DNA of 64,000 bases from an uncultured virus (IMG/VR IMGVR_UViG_3300009419_000015) (IMGVR_UViG_3300009419_000015), one strand, 5' to 3'; positions 50,942 through 61,115 are shown, counted from the first letter of the stretch. A program made the numbers and translations. Notes: generated from the letters alone by a model not told the origin.

Positions 50942-51718
50942 ATGATACAGACAATTAAAAAATGGTTTTTAGGAAATGGTAATAAAGCCAAAAAAGGAAA
51001 TGATTTAGTGTTAAGTTCTTCTGATAGTGATGGTCTTGATGAAACTTTTCTATTCGATTTTAAAAATTATCAATCCGGATATCGAGGAGGTGGATCTGTT
51101 ACTGGTACATTTATTAATTTTGGAGGGAATCTGACAAGTGGTTCAAATGATGGAGAAAGCTCGGATCCCAACAACACGAAAAAAACTGACAGCAAACCAA
51201 AGAAAATTGCGGTCAAACCTATCGATGTTGTTAATGAGTTAGAAACTATTCCTACTCCGTGGACATTATCAAATCTTGAAGATAAGATAGAAATTCTTGA
51301 GTATAAGAGGGATTTAATAACTCAGAAATATTCCAGAAGAGAAGTGGAAGCCATGATAGAGCGTCTGGAAAACAGAAAGAAATGGGACAAGTTCAGAAAG
51401 TTCTTTGAAGGTTACCAGAACACGACAGATGAAAAAATCGATGATCTTTTGGATAAGTATGATCTAGTAATGAAAACCTCTGATTTATTTATACCAGAGT
51501 TTCCTGATGATGCTATTCAAACGATGAAGAGCTACACTGATAATATGATGAAGCTTTGTAAAAAGAAACCAGTATTCTATGTTATTGCAGAACCTGATAA
51601 GTTCAGAAAGGCATATGAAAAGAGAGATCCCATTTTGCTGGTTCAGAGCCCATTCGGATTCTATTGGCAAATATTGGGCGCCTGGGATAAAGAAATGATG
51701 CTTTTGAGCGAACTTTAA
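50942..51718 (+). CDS. Hypothetical protein (DPILLVQSPFG...ILGAWD)
   Basis: ORF. Confidence 0.65.
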   Translation: MIQTIKKWFLGNGNKAKKGNDLVLSSSDSDGLDETFLFDFKNYQSGYRGGGSVTGTFINFGGNLTSGSNDGESSDPNNTKKTDSKPKKIAVKPIDVVNELETIPTPWTLSNLEDKIEILEYKRDLITQKYSRREVEAMIERLENRKKWDKFRKFFEGYQNTTDEKIDDLLDKYDLVMKTSDLFIPEFPDDAIQTMKSYTDNMMKLCKKKPVFYVIAEPDKFRKAYEKRDPILLVQSPFGFYWQILGAWDKEMMLLSEL

Positions 51719-51740
51719 TATTTGAATCGATATATAATGG

Positions 51741-53150
51741 ATGGAAAAATTATATAATTTCGATCAGTTTAGTAGACTTTACGAATCACAGTATTCAGAT
51801 TTAACTAATATTATAATCGGGGATTCTTTAACCCCCTTAATAGCCAAGAATTCTATGGATGTAGATATGCTCGGACCGGTTGGTTCAGAAGCCAATCTAT
51901 GGAAATCTGGGGTAAATACGGCATGGCTTAAAAAAGCTGTTGAAAAATTCCCAACTACTCCGGCTGTTAAGAACGTGGTTATTAAGATAGGTACAAATAG
52001 CGGATTCAGTCTTAGAGACGATGTAAAAGGTTTATTTGTTGCTCTAAGGAGAGCATTCCCTTCAGCCAAATTCTTTGTAGTTCAAGGATCTTGGGGATGG
52101 GGTAACAATAAGAATGTTACTGGTGATATGGTTAAAAAGTACTATGGCCTATATACTAAGGAAGGCGCAACCGTAATAGAGCCACCGGTTGGATATTTTG
52201 CAACTTCAGCTCAAGCACACAGGGAAAGTCCAGCAGTTAAAGAAATTGCTAAGAATCTTGATATTGCTATACAGGAAAGTATTAATGATGCTATCTTGAC
52301 AACTCCTCAAATAAATGACCCCGAGATAATAATCAGGCAGGGTGATCCTTATAAATATAAGGTTGTTAATGATCATTGGTTAGCCAAGAGAGATGATCAA
52401 TCCAGGTGGTATGAGATTTCAGGTAAAGATTTTAAACCTGGGTTTCAGGTATCAATAAACATATTGGACACAGAAAATCCAAAGATAAGAACCAACGATG
52501 CACCAAAGAGAGAATATAGAATTAAATCAGGTGACGTAAATAAAGATACCGAAACTGATGAAACATTTCTCCCGCTTGGTCTAGGAGCTGATCCGGATAA
52601 ACTAGATCCAAAATTAGCCGAAAAATATAATCTTCATTTAATACCAGACGGAAAGAAAACCAATTATAGAAGTGCCCAATTACCGTTAGATATAATGAAG
52701 AATGTGTACACCAAATACAACATCAAAAATGTAATCAGATTAAATGATGATGGAAAGGACGGCAAACATCTTCCTCTACAAAGATCCGTTTCTATGGAAA
52801 AGGAAAGGGAGTTATGTAAAGAAATAGGCTGTGATTTCTATAAACTCTCACCAATGGAGGACCAGGAAAAAATAAATGAATTATTATCCAAAGGTAACAC
52901 ACTAATACATTGCGCACATGGATCAGATAGAACCGGAGGAACTGTTGGTGCATATCTATATAAAACTAAATTAAATCCAGAATTAACAACAACAGAAAAA
53001 ATCTGGAAATATACAACCCAATATAATGATTGGAATAGCATCGTTACTAAGAATCCGGATGATTTTTTGGATGACGTTTATTTGAAACAAGCTCAGAAAT
53101 TCGGAGTAAAAGATATAGAGGATGCAAAAAGACTCGCTAAACTAAATTAA
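51741..53150 (+). CDS. Fusion of SGNH/GDSL-like hydrolase and Cys-based (tyrosine/dual-specificity) phosphatase
   Basis: IIGDSL...IGTN; C-terminal YRSAQ, NVIRL, IHCAHGSDRTG (CX5R). Confidence 0.75.
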   Translation: MEKLYNFDQFSRLYESQYSDLTNIIIGDSLTPLIAKNSMDVDMLGPVGSEANLWKSGVNTAWLKKAVEKFPTTPAVKNVVIKIGTNSGFSLRDDVKGLFVALRRAFPSAKFFVVQGSWGWGNNKNVTGDMVKKYYGLYTKEGATVIEPPVGYFATSAQAHRESPAVKEIAKNLDIAIQESINDAILTTPQINDPEIIIRQGDPYKYKVVNDHWLAKRDDQSRWYEISGKDFKPGFQVSINILDTENPKIRTNDAPKREYRIKSGDVNKDTETDETFLPLGLGADPDKLDPKLAEKYNLHLIPDGKKTNYRSAQLPLDIMKNVYTKYNIKNVIRLNDDGKDGKHLPLQRSVSMEKERELCKEIGCDFYKLSPMEDQEKINELLSKGNTLIHCAHGSDRTGGTVGAYLYKTKLNPELTTTEKIWKYTTQYNDWNSIVTKNPDDFLDDVYLKQAQKFGVKDIEDAKRLAKLN

Positions 53151-53155
53151 TAAAT

Positions 53156-53443
53156 ATGAAATTAGAAGTAATTGATTTTTATGCTGAATGGTGTGGACCA
53201 TGTAAAGCAATGGCTCCAGCTTTCGAGAGCTTAAAAAGTGAATATCCAGAAGGAAATGATAGCGGAGTAGTTATTACTAAGCTTAATGTTGATGAACATC
53301 AGGAAGTTGCTCAGAAATACTCCGTTAGGAATATACCAACATTGGTTTACCTTAAAGATGGTGTTGAGGTACATAGAGTATCGGGAATGCAAACTAAATC
53401 TGCTATGGATACAAAAATCAAAGAGATTTTAGCTGAGGCTTAA
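53156..53443 (+). CDS. trxA: Thioredoxin
   Basis: DFYAEWCGPCK, IPT. Confidence 0.95.
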   Translation: MKLEVIDFYAEWCGPCKAMAPAFESLKSEYPEGNDSGVVITKLNVDEHQEVAQKYSVRNIPTLVYLKDGVEVHRVSGMQTKSAMDTKIKEILAEA

Positions 53444-53461
53444 TCGGTATTTAATAATAAC

Positions 53462-53496
53462 AAAAAAGGACGTCTAATATTAGACGTCCTTTTTTT
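53462..53496. terminator. Bidirectional terminator between convergent genes
   Basis: AAAAAAGGACGTCTAA-TTAGACGTCCTTTTTT. Confidence 0.85.
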
Positions 53497-53518
53497 ATTG
53501 TGTTTTATAGATAGATCA

Positions 53519-53659
53519 TTATCTACCCTGACCTTTATAAGATTTCTTATAATTCTTAGAACTTTTATTCTTAGATGTTCCACTCTTAGCGTGTCTATCA
53601 CAAGATGTGTTCGTTTTTTTAACAAACGAAACTGCGGATTGGGTTTTTGTCTTTGCCAT
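53519..53659 (-). CDS. Small basic protein ending in YKGQGR (46 aa; not in the ORF track)
   Basis: Hand translation MAKTKTQSAVSFVKKTNTSCDRHAKSGTSKNKSSKNYKKSYKGQGR. Confidence 0.7.
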   Translation of the reverse strand: MAKTKTQSAVSFVKKTNTSCDRHAKSGTSKNKSSKNYKKSYKGQGR

Positions 53660-53705
53660 TTTTATAATGATCTTTTTTTATTTTATGAATTGATTTTATA
53701 CAATT

Positions 53706-54527
53706 CTATTTTAAAAGAGCGTAATACTCTTTAAAGTGTTTGATTCTATCAGCAAGACCGATTGTACCACCATTAACTCTTCTAGTTACTGAAGTAACAA
53801 CAGCATCAGTAGCACCTTGATCACAAATAGACCAAAGTTTATTGTTGTTGAAGAACCAAGCTGCAGAAGCTAGTGGATATTTAGTAGAAACTAAATCAGG
53901 ATTTGCTAGAATGTCATCATCAACAAATTTATCGAATGATGTGTAGTTAGCTTTACCTGTTAATTGAATATAACCTCTTCCTCTAAATTTAAACCCTTCT
54001 TTAGAAGCTTCGTCACCATTACCCATTCTTCCACCATAAACTCTAGCAGCAATCTTTTCAGGTTGTCTTGCATAAGATTCATTAAGTTTTCCTGGGAAAT
54101 ATTTTGGGAAGATCTTTTTAAGACCATCAGCAGAGTAGTTAAGATTTTCACTAACTGCTTTGAACCCACCAGATTCATGTCCACACTGAGCTAAGAAGTG
54201 AGCCAATCTTAAGGTGTTACTAATACCAAATTTTGCTGCCGTAGCAGGAATCTGAGCAATAACAGCATCAGGAATATGACCTTTAAGAGCTGCTAATTTG
54301 AAATCTGAAGCAGGTATAGCAACTGGAGCAGCAGCAACTGGAGCAGCACCGAATAATTTAGTCCATGTTCCAACACCAACAACACCATCAGCAGTTAATC
54401 CATTAGCTGCTTGCCATGCTTTAACCTTAGCTTCTGTACCAGGACCGAAAGAGCCATCAGCAGTTAGTCCTAATTTAGCTTGGAGTTTTTTTACGTCTTC
54501 TCCTTTAGACCCATTCTTTAATAACAT
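53706..54527 (-). CDS. Endolysin: peptidoglycan-binding domain + GH19 catalytic domain
   Basis: ADGSFGPGT..WQ...GL.ADGVVG; FLAQCGHESG, RGRGYIQLTG, VNGG..GL.DR. Confidence 0.92.
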   Translation of the reverse strand: MLLKNGSKGEDVKKLQAKLGLTADGSFGPGTEAKVKAWQAANGLTADGVVGVGTWTKLFGAAPVAAAPVAIPASDFKLAALKGHIPDAVIAQIPATAAKFGISNTLRLAHFLAQCGHESGGFKAVSENLNYSADGLKKIFPKYFPGKLNESYARQPEKIAARVYGGRMGNGDEASKEGFKFRGRGYIQLTGKANYTSFDKFVDDDILANPDLVSTKYPLASAAWFFNNNKLWSICDQGATDAVVTSVTRRVNGGTIGLADRIKHFKEYYALLK

Positions 54528-54676
54528 AAGTTTTGGTTTTTATTTTTATATATTCCAAACACCAAAAAAAATACGTACATTTTTTTATACCGTAATAATA
54601 AATTACATTTACCGAACATTAGACAAGAGCCTAATGGAACATATAATTTTAATATAATATAAAAATAAAAGAATCA

Positions 54677-55036
54677 ATGAAAAAATTAGCATTTTTACTA
54701 CTATTAGTTGTTACATTAGCATCGTGTAATCATACTGAATATCCAATATACAAGTACGGTACCGAATCGGAAATTCCGGACTCATTAAGAGTAAAATATG
54801 CGGAGTGGGTAACAGAAACAGTGAAAGCATCCAATAACAACATGACCGGTGGTGATTACGAAGATCCGGAGGATGTTGTATCACAGGTTGAGATTACCGG
54901 ACATAATATATTTTCGGTGGAAGTAGAGGGTATGTACATCACGGAATGCTCCGAATGTATGTGGGATTTTACACCGGTTTCTAAAATGACACCCAAACAA
55001 CTTATAATTTTTAATAGAATCAAAGAAAATCGATAA
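54677..55036 (+). CDS. Predicted lipoprotein
   Basis: MKK-hydrophobic stretch-LASC lipobox. Confidence 0.65.
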   Translation: MKKLAFLLLLVVTLASCNHTEYPIYKYGTESEIPDSLRVKYAEWVTETVKASNNNMTGGDYEDPEDVVSQVEITGHNIFSVEVEGMYITECSECMWDFTPVSKMTPKQLIIFNRIKENR

Positions 55037-55055
55037 TAAATAAAAAACTAAATAT

Positions 55056-55748
55056 ATGAAATATCTATCAATCGATATTGAGACCACCGGTCTAAATCCA
55101 GAGAAAAATGAAATACTATCGATCGGGGTTATTGTAGAGGACACAAACAATAAGCTTCCGTTCGAAGAAATTCCAAAATTCCATGTTGCAATTAAGAGAG
55201 AAGAAATTACCGGATCTCCATTTGCCATCAATATGAACAGGGATCTAATCGAGGCTATCGTTCATTATCAGGAGGCAGAATCACTGGATGAAAAGAATGA
55301 TTTGGTTCATATGACCGGTATGCAATTTTTAAACGAAAGTGATGTTGCTGATGCACTATTTAGATTCCTGTATGATAACGGGATGGTTAAAAAAGAAGAT
55401 ACCAGTGGATGGAGCCATGCACAAACTGGTGAACATTTCAGAATCATTAACGGCAAGTCATATCCCGTATTGAAATCCAATATGAATCCGGTTTCTTTAA
55501 ATGTAGCAGGTAAAAACTTTGGAACATTTGATAAATTGTTTATAGAGAAACTTCCGAGATGGAAACAAATATTCAGGATTAAGCAAAGAATTATTGATCC
55601 ATCTATATTATTTACCAATTGGATCGAGGATGATTCATTGCCTTCATTAAATCAATGTAAGCAGAGAGCTAAGATAGATGGAGCGGTTACTCATAATGCT
55701 TTGGAAGATGCATGGGACGTTGTAGAATTACTACGAACACAGTATTAG
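55056..55748 (+). CDS. DEDDh 3'-5' exonuclease (DnaQ-like)
   Basis: IDIETTG, GKNFGTFD, HNALEDA. Confidence 0.85.
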   Translation: MKYLSIDIETTGLNPEKNEILSIGVIVEDTNNKLPFEEIPKFHVAIKREEITGSPFAINMNRDLIEAIVHYQEAESLDEKNDLVHMTGMQFLNESDVADALFRFLYDNGMVKKEDTSGWSHAQTGEHFRIINGKSYPVLKSNMNPVSLNVAGKNFGTFDKLFIEKLPRWKQIFRIKQRIIDPSILFTNWIEDDSLPSLNQCKQRAKIDGAVTHNALEDAWDVVELLRTQY

Positions 55749-55923
55749 TATAAGCTAAAATAAAAGCTTTTAAGGACGTCTTTTATTTTTACTGATGTAG
55801 ATGTATTAAAATGTATTTAATTCAGCAGGGATTAAAAAATCAATAAAAAATCAATAAAATTTTTTTATTCCGAGTTGTGGTCTTATATTTGTAATGTATT
55901 TAAAAACAAAACAATTAGGAGAT

Positions 55924-56442
55924 ATGAAAAATTTAATTTTAATCACAGTTTTAGTTTACGGAACGTTAACGTCTGCACAGGTAAAAGGTCAATCTACAGG
56001 AACGACATTCAAAGACGAATTAACAAGATTCGTAGATAGCACAGTGAATTCATCAGGTAAAGGTCTTAAAAAATTGGATCGATTTGAAGCTGGATGTTAT
56101 TCTCATGTTAAGGAGAAAAAATTCGGAGAGCCTGTTGCACCATACACGAGATCAGTGGCACATAGCCATAACATCACAAGTTATACTGACAAGGATGGTA
56201 ATGGTAACATAAATCCTGAAAAATACGGAATCAAATTGACTAAGGAAATCTATGCGTCAAAAATAAATAAGATATTAAATGATCCCAACAATGTCGAGGC
56301 TAATTACGATTCATATTACTTCACAATCGTAAACATAAAAGGTTCTTACTATTTAGTTTTTGCAATGGGCTATTTGGATCCAGTTGACAGTGACGAAAAA
56401 TTGAATGCAGAATTTAATAAGGCAATGGAAACTACTAATTAG
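55924..56442 (+). CDS. Secreted hypothetical protein
   Basis: ATG at 55924 followed by a signal peptide; class I promoter at 55861-55891. Confidence 0.55.
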   Translation: MKNLILITVLVYGTLTSAQVKGQSTGTTFKDELTRFVDSTVNSSGKGLKKLDRFEAGCYSHVKEKKFGEPVAPYTRSVAHSHNITSYTDKDGNGNINPEKYGIKLTKEIYASKINKILNDPNNVEANYDSYYFTIVNIKGSYYLVFAMGYLDPVDSDEKLNAEFNKAMETTN

Positions 56443-56457
56443 AATCCAATATATAAT

Positions 56458-56493
56458 AAAAAACCCTCAGATTTTAAAATCTGAGGGTTTTTT
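56458..56493. terminator. Bidirectional terminator
   Basis: AAAAAACCCTCAGATT-AATCTGAGGGTTTTTT. Confidence 0.85.
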
Positions 56494-56516
56494 GTTTATT
56501 ATTATTTCCTTTAGTA

Positions 56517-57710
56517 TTAAGCTATGACTGAAGAATTTAATTGAATTACTGCCTGAGCTATAACTATTTTATCAGCTTTGTTTGAATCTTCTGATGCCAT
56601 GTAAACTAATTCAGGAGTTGTTTTATCAACCGGTGCTAAATATTCACCCTCAACGTTAAGTGTAACTCTTCTCCAAGTCTTTCTGTCTTCAGTACTTGCT
56701 TTTGGTTGGATATCCAATTTATCAGAAACCTTAACATCAGCATCCTTGAAAGAAGGAGTGGATTTAATATAATCAGCAACTGCTTGAGCTCTTTCTCTAC
56801 AAAGTGCTTCGTTTCTAGCTTTATCACCTTCTTGTGATGCTCCACCAGTAACAGTAATACTATTGGCAGAAGCAACGTTACCTAGTGCTGCTAATATTGC
56901 TGCTTTACCTTCCTCTTTAAGAACTGATTTATTAACATCAAAAAGAGTGTTATCGTCCTGGATAACGATAGGCTTTAATGTTTCTGCAGTTGTTGTTTTA
57001 GGTCTCACGAACTGTATAACCTCCCTAGATTCATATTCCACTCCTCCCTGAGGAATGATTTTAACTGGATAGTAGAAATAATACTGTACACTTATGGAGT
57101 CTGAACCTTTTCTATCGGCAGGTTGAGGTGCACTCAAAAATCCTGAGGGTGTTTTTAAAACCTGATTCTTAACCGGATTATCATATCTCCACACTTTAGC
57201 ATCAAGTTTAGCCTGGTTGTCCACGATAATATATTGATTAGCTGGTCCTGATCCCACAATAAAATCGCCGGCACTTTTTTCACCCGATGTAAACTTTTTC
57301 TTACTGTCATCGTAATACAGATACTTGGCTGCAGAAAGATTTGCTAGGTTTAATTTGGCTAAATATTGGGCAAATCCTATTCTTTTACCCGCTCCATCAA
57401 GAACTGAACCACCTAAAAGATTAGCATATTCCATCTCTTGCAGATCAAAATCAATTCCAGTAATTTCCGTTACGTCTGTCCTTGTCATCTTGGATAGACA
57501 AGCATTCATACGTGCTAGATCTATTTGTTTATCACCTTTACCCTGATTAATTACTTCCTCAATAGCGCCTAATGCCTTTCTTCCTTTAGCATCCAGACCC
57601 TCAGCAGCTAATGCTGTTTTAAGCTCAGTAAAGTCAGATACTTTTAATCCTTCATTAATAGCAAATTTTAAGAACTCGCTAAAGCTCTCGAATACTGGTT
57701 TATTTTCCAT
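56517..57710 (-). CDS. Protein with OmpA-like C-terminal (peptidoglycan-binding) domain, no signal peptide
   Basis: LFDVNKSVL...ITVTGGAS..G...N..L...RAQAV..Y....WRRV; N-terminal FESFSEF..AINE. Confidence 0.7.
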   Translation of the reverse strand: MENKPVFESFSEFLKFAINEGLKVSDFTELKTALAAEGLDAKGRKALGAIEEVINQGKGDKQIDLARMNACLSKMTRTDVTEITGIDFDLQEMEYANLLGGSVLDGAGKRIGFAQYLAKLNLANLSAAKYLYYDDSKKKFTSGEKSAGDFIVGSGPANQYIIVDNQAKLDAKVWRYDNPVKNQVLKTPSGFLSAPQPADRKGSDSISVQYYFYYPVKIIPQGGVEYESREVIQFVRPKTTTAETLKPIVIQDDNTLFDVNKSVLKEEGKAAILAALGNVASANSITVTGGASQEGDKARNEALCRERAQAVADYIKSTPSFKDADVKVSDKLDIQPKASTEDRKTWRRVTLNVEGEYLAPVDKTTPELVYMASEDSNKADKIVIAQAVIQLNSSVIA

Positions 57711-57776
57711 TTTATTATTGTTTTTATTTTTTATTATATATTATATATCTACCATAAAAATAGTGATATGTTCCGA

Positions 57777-59192
57777 TTATCCCGGATAACCTTCATTTTT
57801 ATGTATTCTCTCAAATAAGCTTTTCTGTTTGGATTCATTAAGATATTTGGAAAGTTCCTTAACTCTTTCAAAGTCTCTGTTATCCAATGCTTGATCTATA
57901 AGCTTTTCAAGATCTCTTTTAGCAAGTTGGGAGTAGTCAGTTTCTTCATCCTCTGCAGGTTCTGCATTTCCTGATGGTTCCGATTTATATTCATCCTCAT
58001 CGTCATCATTTCTATCTATTCCAGCTGCTCCTAATTCATAGTCACTAATTTCTTTAGCAACTTCATCAATTATTTCTTGCATGTCTTTTTTAGCTGATGC
58101 TTCATCTGATAGTATTCTAAGAATCAGATCAAGAAATCCAGATGCTTCCATAAGCATCATCTTACCAAAAACATGTTCTCTTAGATTTGTTATCTTATCA
58201 GCCTCAGGGAATTCATTAATAAAGTCTCTAAGATCAGCTGCAATTTCTGGCCCGTATCTAAGATCTTCGATCTCATCAGCCAGAGAATCAGTATTTGTTA
58301 TTACTATTTCTGATGATTCCTCATCTTCAGGTATTGCATTTGCTGCTATTAATTCATAGATACCTTTAACAGTTTCATGAAGAAGCATAGCGAAATCAGT
58401 TCCAAATGCATAAATGGTTGGTTTTGTTTGGTCAAATAGTTCTTCAGTCTCCTCAGCTGGGATTTCATCGTCGTTCATTAGCTGATCTAAGATATCCTGA
58501 GCAAGATCTTCGTTACTTTTGAAATCTTCTGGTGTTTCCCATTGTACCTTAACTGATCCAGAAAATCCTGATTTATCCCTTTCCCACATTTCCTTTTGAA
58601 CCTCCATAGGAATTGCCCAGTCAAAGAATCCAGCTATTTCTGTTATTTTGTTAAGTAGATCTTTATATTCTTTACCAATCTCAGCTCCAAGGATTTGAGT
58701 TAATCCTTGAGAAACCTCAGGTAGATTTAACATTAGCTTCGTATTTTTAGCTTCTCCCTGAGTTATATTATTAGCAATCTTTCTTTTGTGTATTTCAGAG
58801 ATTATACCGGCATCCTTTAATTCCTTCAATTGAGGCATTTCAGGTGGTTCTGGTTGAACATTTTCCATCGACTTTTTAATCTCGTCGCTCTTTGGAAATT
58901 TAATTCTTAATTCAACTTCCTCTAATATGTCACCGTACATTGTTCGAATAGCTCTTTCAGCAAGCGCTTCCAATTCTGCTTCGTGTCCTCTCTGAATCTG
59001 TTTAGCTCTAGACACCAACCCCATAAACTGTGGTATCTCTCTACCATGTCTCCTTTGCAACTCTGCATTTCTCTCTGATGCTCTTGCTTCAACATCGGAA
59101 AGGTATGATCCGGGCTTCCCGCCTTCTCCAGGTATACCTGGATTTCCTTGTAGCGAGGCTTCTTGTAATTTTTCTCTAAATGATTTAATCAT
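57777..59192 (-). CDS. Hypothetical protein with C-terminal IDEAL-like helix
   Basis: LLHETVKG; LIDQALDNRDFERVKEL. Confidence 0.65.
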   Translation of the reverse strand: MIKSFREKLQEASLQGNPGIPGEGGKPGSYLSDVEARASERNAELQRRHGREIPQFMGLVSRAKQIQRGHEAELEALAERAIRTMYGDILEEVELRIKFPKSDEIKKSMENVQPEPPEMPQLKELKDAGIISEIHKRKIANNITQGEAKNTKLMLNLPEVSQGLTQILGAEIGKEYKDLLNKITEIAGFFDWAIPMEVQKEMWERDKSGFSGSVKVQWETPEDFKSNEDLAQDILDQLMNDDEIPAEETEELFDQTKPTIYAFGTDFAMLLHETVKGIYELIAANAIPEDEESSEIVITNTDSLADEIEDLRYGPEIAADLRDFINEFPEADKITNLREHVFGKMMLMEASGFLDLILRILSDEASAKKDMQEIIDEVAKEISDYELGAAGIDRNDDDEDEYKSEPSGNAEPAEDEETDYSQLAKRDLEKLIDQALDNRDFERVKELSKYLNESKQKSLFERIHKNEGYPG

Positions 59193-59451
59193 TGTATTTA
59201 GCTTTTAATTTTGTTAGATTAAATTTTATCGGAGTTTCAGATTTTCTAAGCTCCGTTTTGAATCTTTCCATAACATCCTTTAATTTTGCTTTTGGAGCAG
59301 GTTCTGTTGATGGCTTATCCCTTCTTATAGGACTAGGTCTTGATGGAGTTGGTCTAGTTCCAGGCGAAGTACCAGGTTTAGTTGCTGGCTGTCCAGGTTT
59401 AGTTGCTGGCTGCGAAGCTAAAAACTCATCGATATTTGTGTATAGTCTCAT
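59185..59451 (-). CDS. Pro/Thr/Lys-rich small protein
   Basis: QPATKPG x2 (21-nt tandem unit at 59372-59412); GATATATA on the minus strand at 59474. Confidence 0.65.
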   Translation of the reverse strand: MRLYTNIDEFLASQPATKPGQPATKPGTSPGTRPTPSRPSPIRRDKPSTEPAPKAKLKDVMERFKTELRKSETPIKFNLTKLKAKYND

Positions 59452-59502
59452 TTTTTTATGTTTTTGATTTGAATATATATCGAAAGATAAATTATAGATA
59501 TT

Positions 59503-61062
59503 ATGACAAATAGAAGTTTCCCAACTTTTTTCGATGTTGCAGAACCATTAATGGAGAATGTACAAGCTGCTAAGGATTATTTAATCAAGCAATATGCAGA
59601 TAAAAAAGGAATTAAGCCATCGGAAATCGATGCAGAAGAAAAAAAGGTGATACTTTCATCCAAGATTTTTACCGAAATTAGAGACATGCTTCAGAAATCT
59701 CCAGGATACACTTTAGCATTTCTTAAATTTAGAATGGATCAGAAAGCTCAAATGGATGAACTGAAGGAGATTCTTGAAATGCTTCAGAAGTATAAAGGAC
59801 AGATTAATGAATTACCAATGTCAGTTGAGGACTATGCTAAATATGTTGTCAAAAAGGATGATGAGGATAGAAGACCTGGTTTTGAGCTATTAGGTGATGA
59901 ACTTAGAAATTTCGAGAGAAAAAGAAAAGTTAAAGATTTCTATAATGAATTAACACCTAGGATGAAGAAAGCATTTTCTTCGGCAACCGATGTTCAAATA
60001 GAGGAATTAACAGCTATATCAAACAAATTAAAATCTTTATCTGATATTAAAACAGAGGAGGGTAATGCTAATGCATGGAAATCTTTTTCTAAAAATATGA
60101 AAAAGTATGATGATACAAGGACATATCCTGAATATTCCGATGAAAAGAAAGCATTTAAGGACTTAATAAAGGATGCTCTTGAATTCACAGAAAGTTGGGG
60201 TCAGTCGGAGGATAAGCTATTGGGAAAAATAAAATCTCTAGGTCCTCAGGCAGGTATCATATATGCTAAAAAAGGTTATATTGTGATGTCAGCAAGAACA
60301 CCAGAGGCTCAAAGAGCAATATGTGCAGATACAAACTGGTGTATTAGAACGGATTCAACCTTCTGGAGCTATGCAACTGGTAGAATTCAACTTAATATAA
60401 TAAATTCAAACGTTCCTGTAACTGATCCATTAAGTTTAATTGGAATCACTATAAATCCTGATGGAACCGTACACACGGATGCTAATAGACCTAATAGTAG
60501 ACTTAGAGACAGCGGAGGAAGTACATTCAGAACGTATAAATCAGCTCTTAAGGAACTAGGATATCCTGAGGATCTTATCGAGGCTGTTGATGGAGCATTT
60601 CAGAGAGAGGTTGATATTAAAGTGGCTCTGGAGAATTATTATAGAGAAGGAAGTAAGTTAGAGGCGAGAAAGATTATAGAATCTCTAATAACAATCAGTA
60701 GAGGTTTCTTAGCTGGAACTATGAATCAATCTGAATGGGATAATATAGCCGGTATAATTACTGAGATCATCGTCAACGATAAGGGTCTATCAAAATCACA
60801 GTTTATGAAGGTCTTTACACAACATGGTATATTTTCTGAGGCAACATGGAAGGTTTTTGATGCCATCATAGGTAATGACTACACCAAAGAGGAAATGGAA
60901 GAAATATTAAGCTCCATAGAAAGAAATCTTGAAGGAATGGGATTCTTAATTAGAGATAATGATAATGGCGACGTACAATTAACGAAAAAGGTTAGGGATA
61001 ATATAGAATCAATATTGGCTGATCGTGATATAATTATCAGAAGAATAAAGGATAGAATTTAA
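59503..61062 (+). CDS. Hypothetical protein with TNWCI motif
   Basis: 519-aa ORF. Confidence 0.7.
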   Translation: MTNRSFPTFFDVAEPLMENVQAAKDYLIKQYADKKGIKPSEIDAEEKKVILSSKIFTEIRDMLQKSPGYTLAFLKFRMDQKAQMDELKEILEMLQKYKGQINELPMSVEDYAKYVVKKDDEDRRPGFELLGDELRNFERKRKVKDFYNELTPRMKKAFSSATDVQIEELTAISNKLKSLSDIKTEEGNANAWKSFSKNMKKYDDTRTYPEYSDEKKAFKDLIKDALEFTESWGQSEDKLLGKIKSLGPQAGIIYAKKGYIVMSARTPEAQRAICADTNWCIRTDSTFWSYATGRIQLNIINSNVPVTDPLSLIGITINPDGTVHTDANRPNSRLRDSGGSTFRTYKSALKELGYPEDLIEAVDGAFQREVDIKVALENYYREGSKLEARKIIESLITISRGFLAGTMNQSEWDNIAGIITEIIVNDKGLSKSQFMKVFTQHGIFSEATWKVFDAIIGNDYTKEEMEEILSSIERNLEGMGFLIRDNDNGDVQLTKKVRDNIESILADRDIIIRRIKDRI

Positions 61063-61115
61063 TTCGATTCTAACACCAATAAAATCGAATTAAATAACAT
61101 AAAGATATATAAAAC

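Noticed and set aside
59372..59412. 20-bp direct repeat as a regulatory or recombination site
   Set aside because: It is an in-frame duplication encoding QPATKPG twice.
57777..59451. Programmed frameshift fusing 59185..59451 to 57777..59192
   Set aside because: The 8-nt ATGATTAA overlap is ordinary translational coupling, the downstream ORF has its own tagged N-terminus, and no clear slippery site is present.
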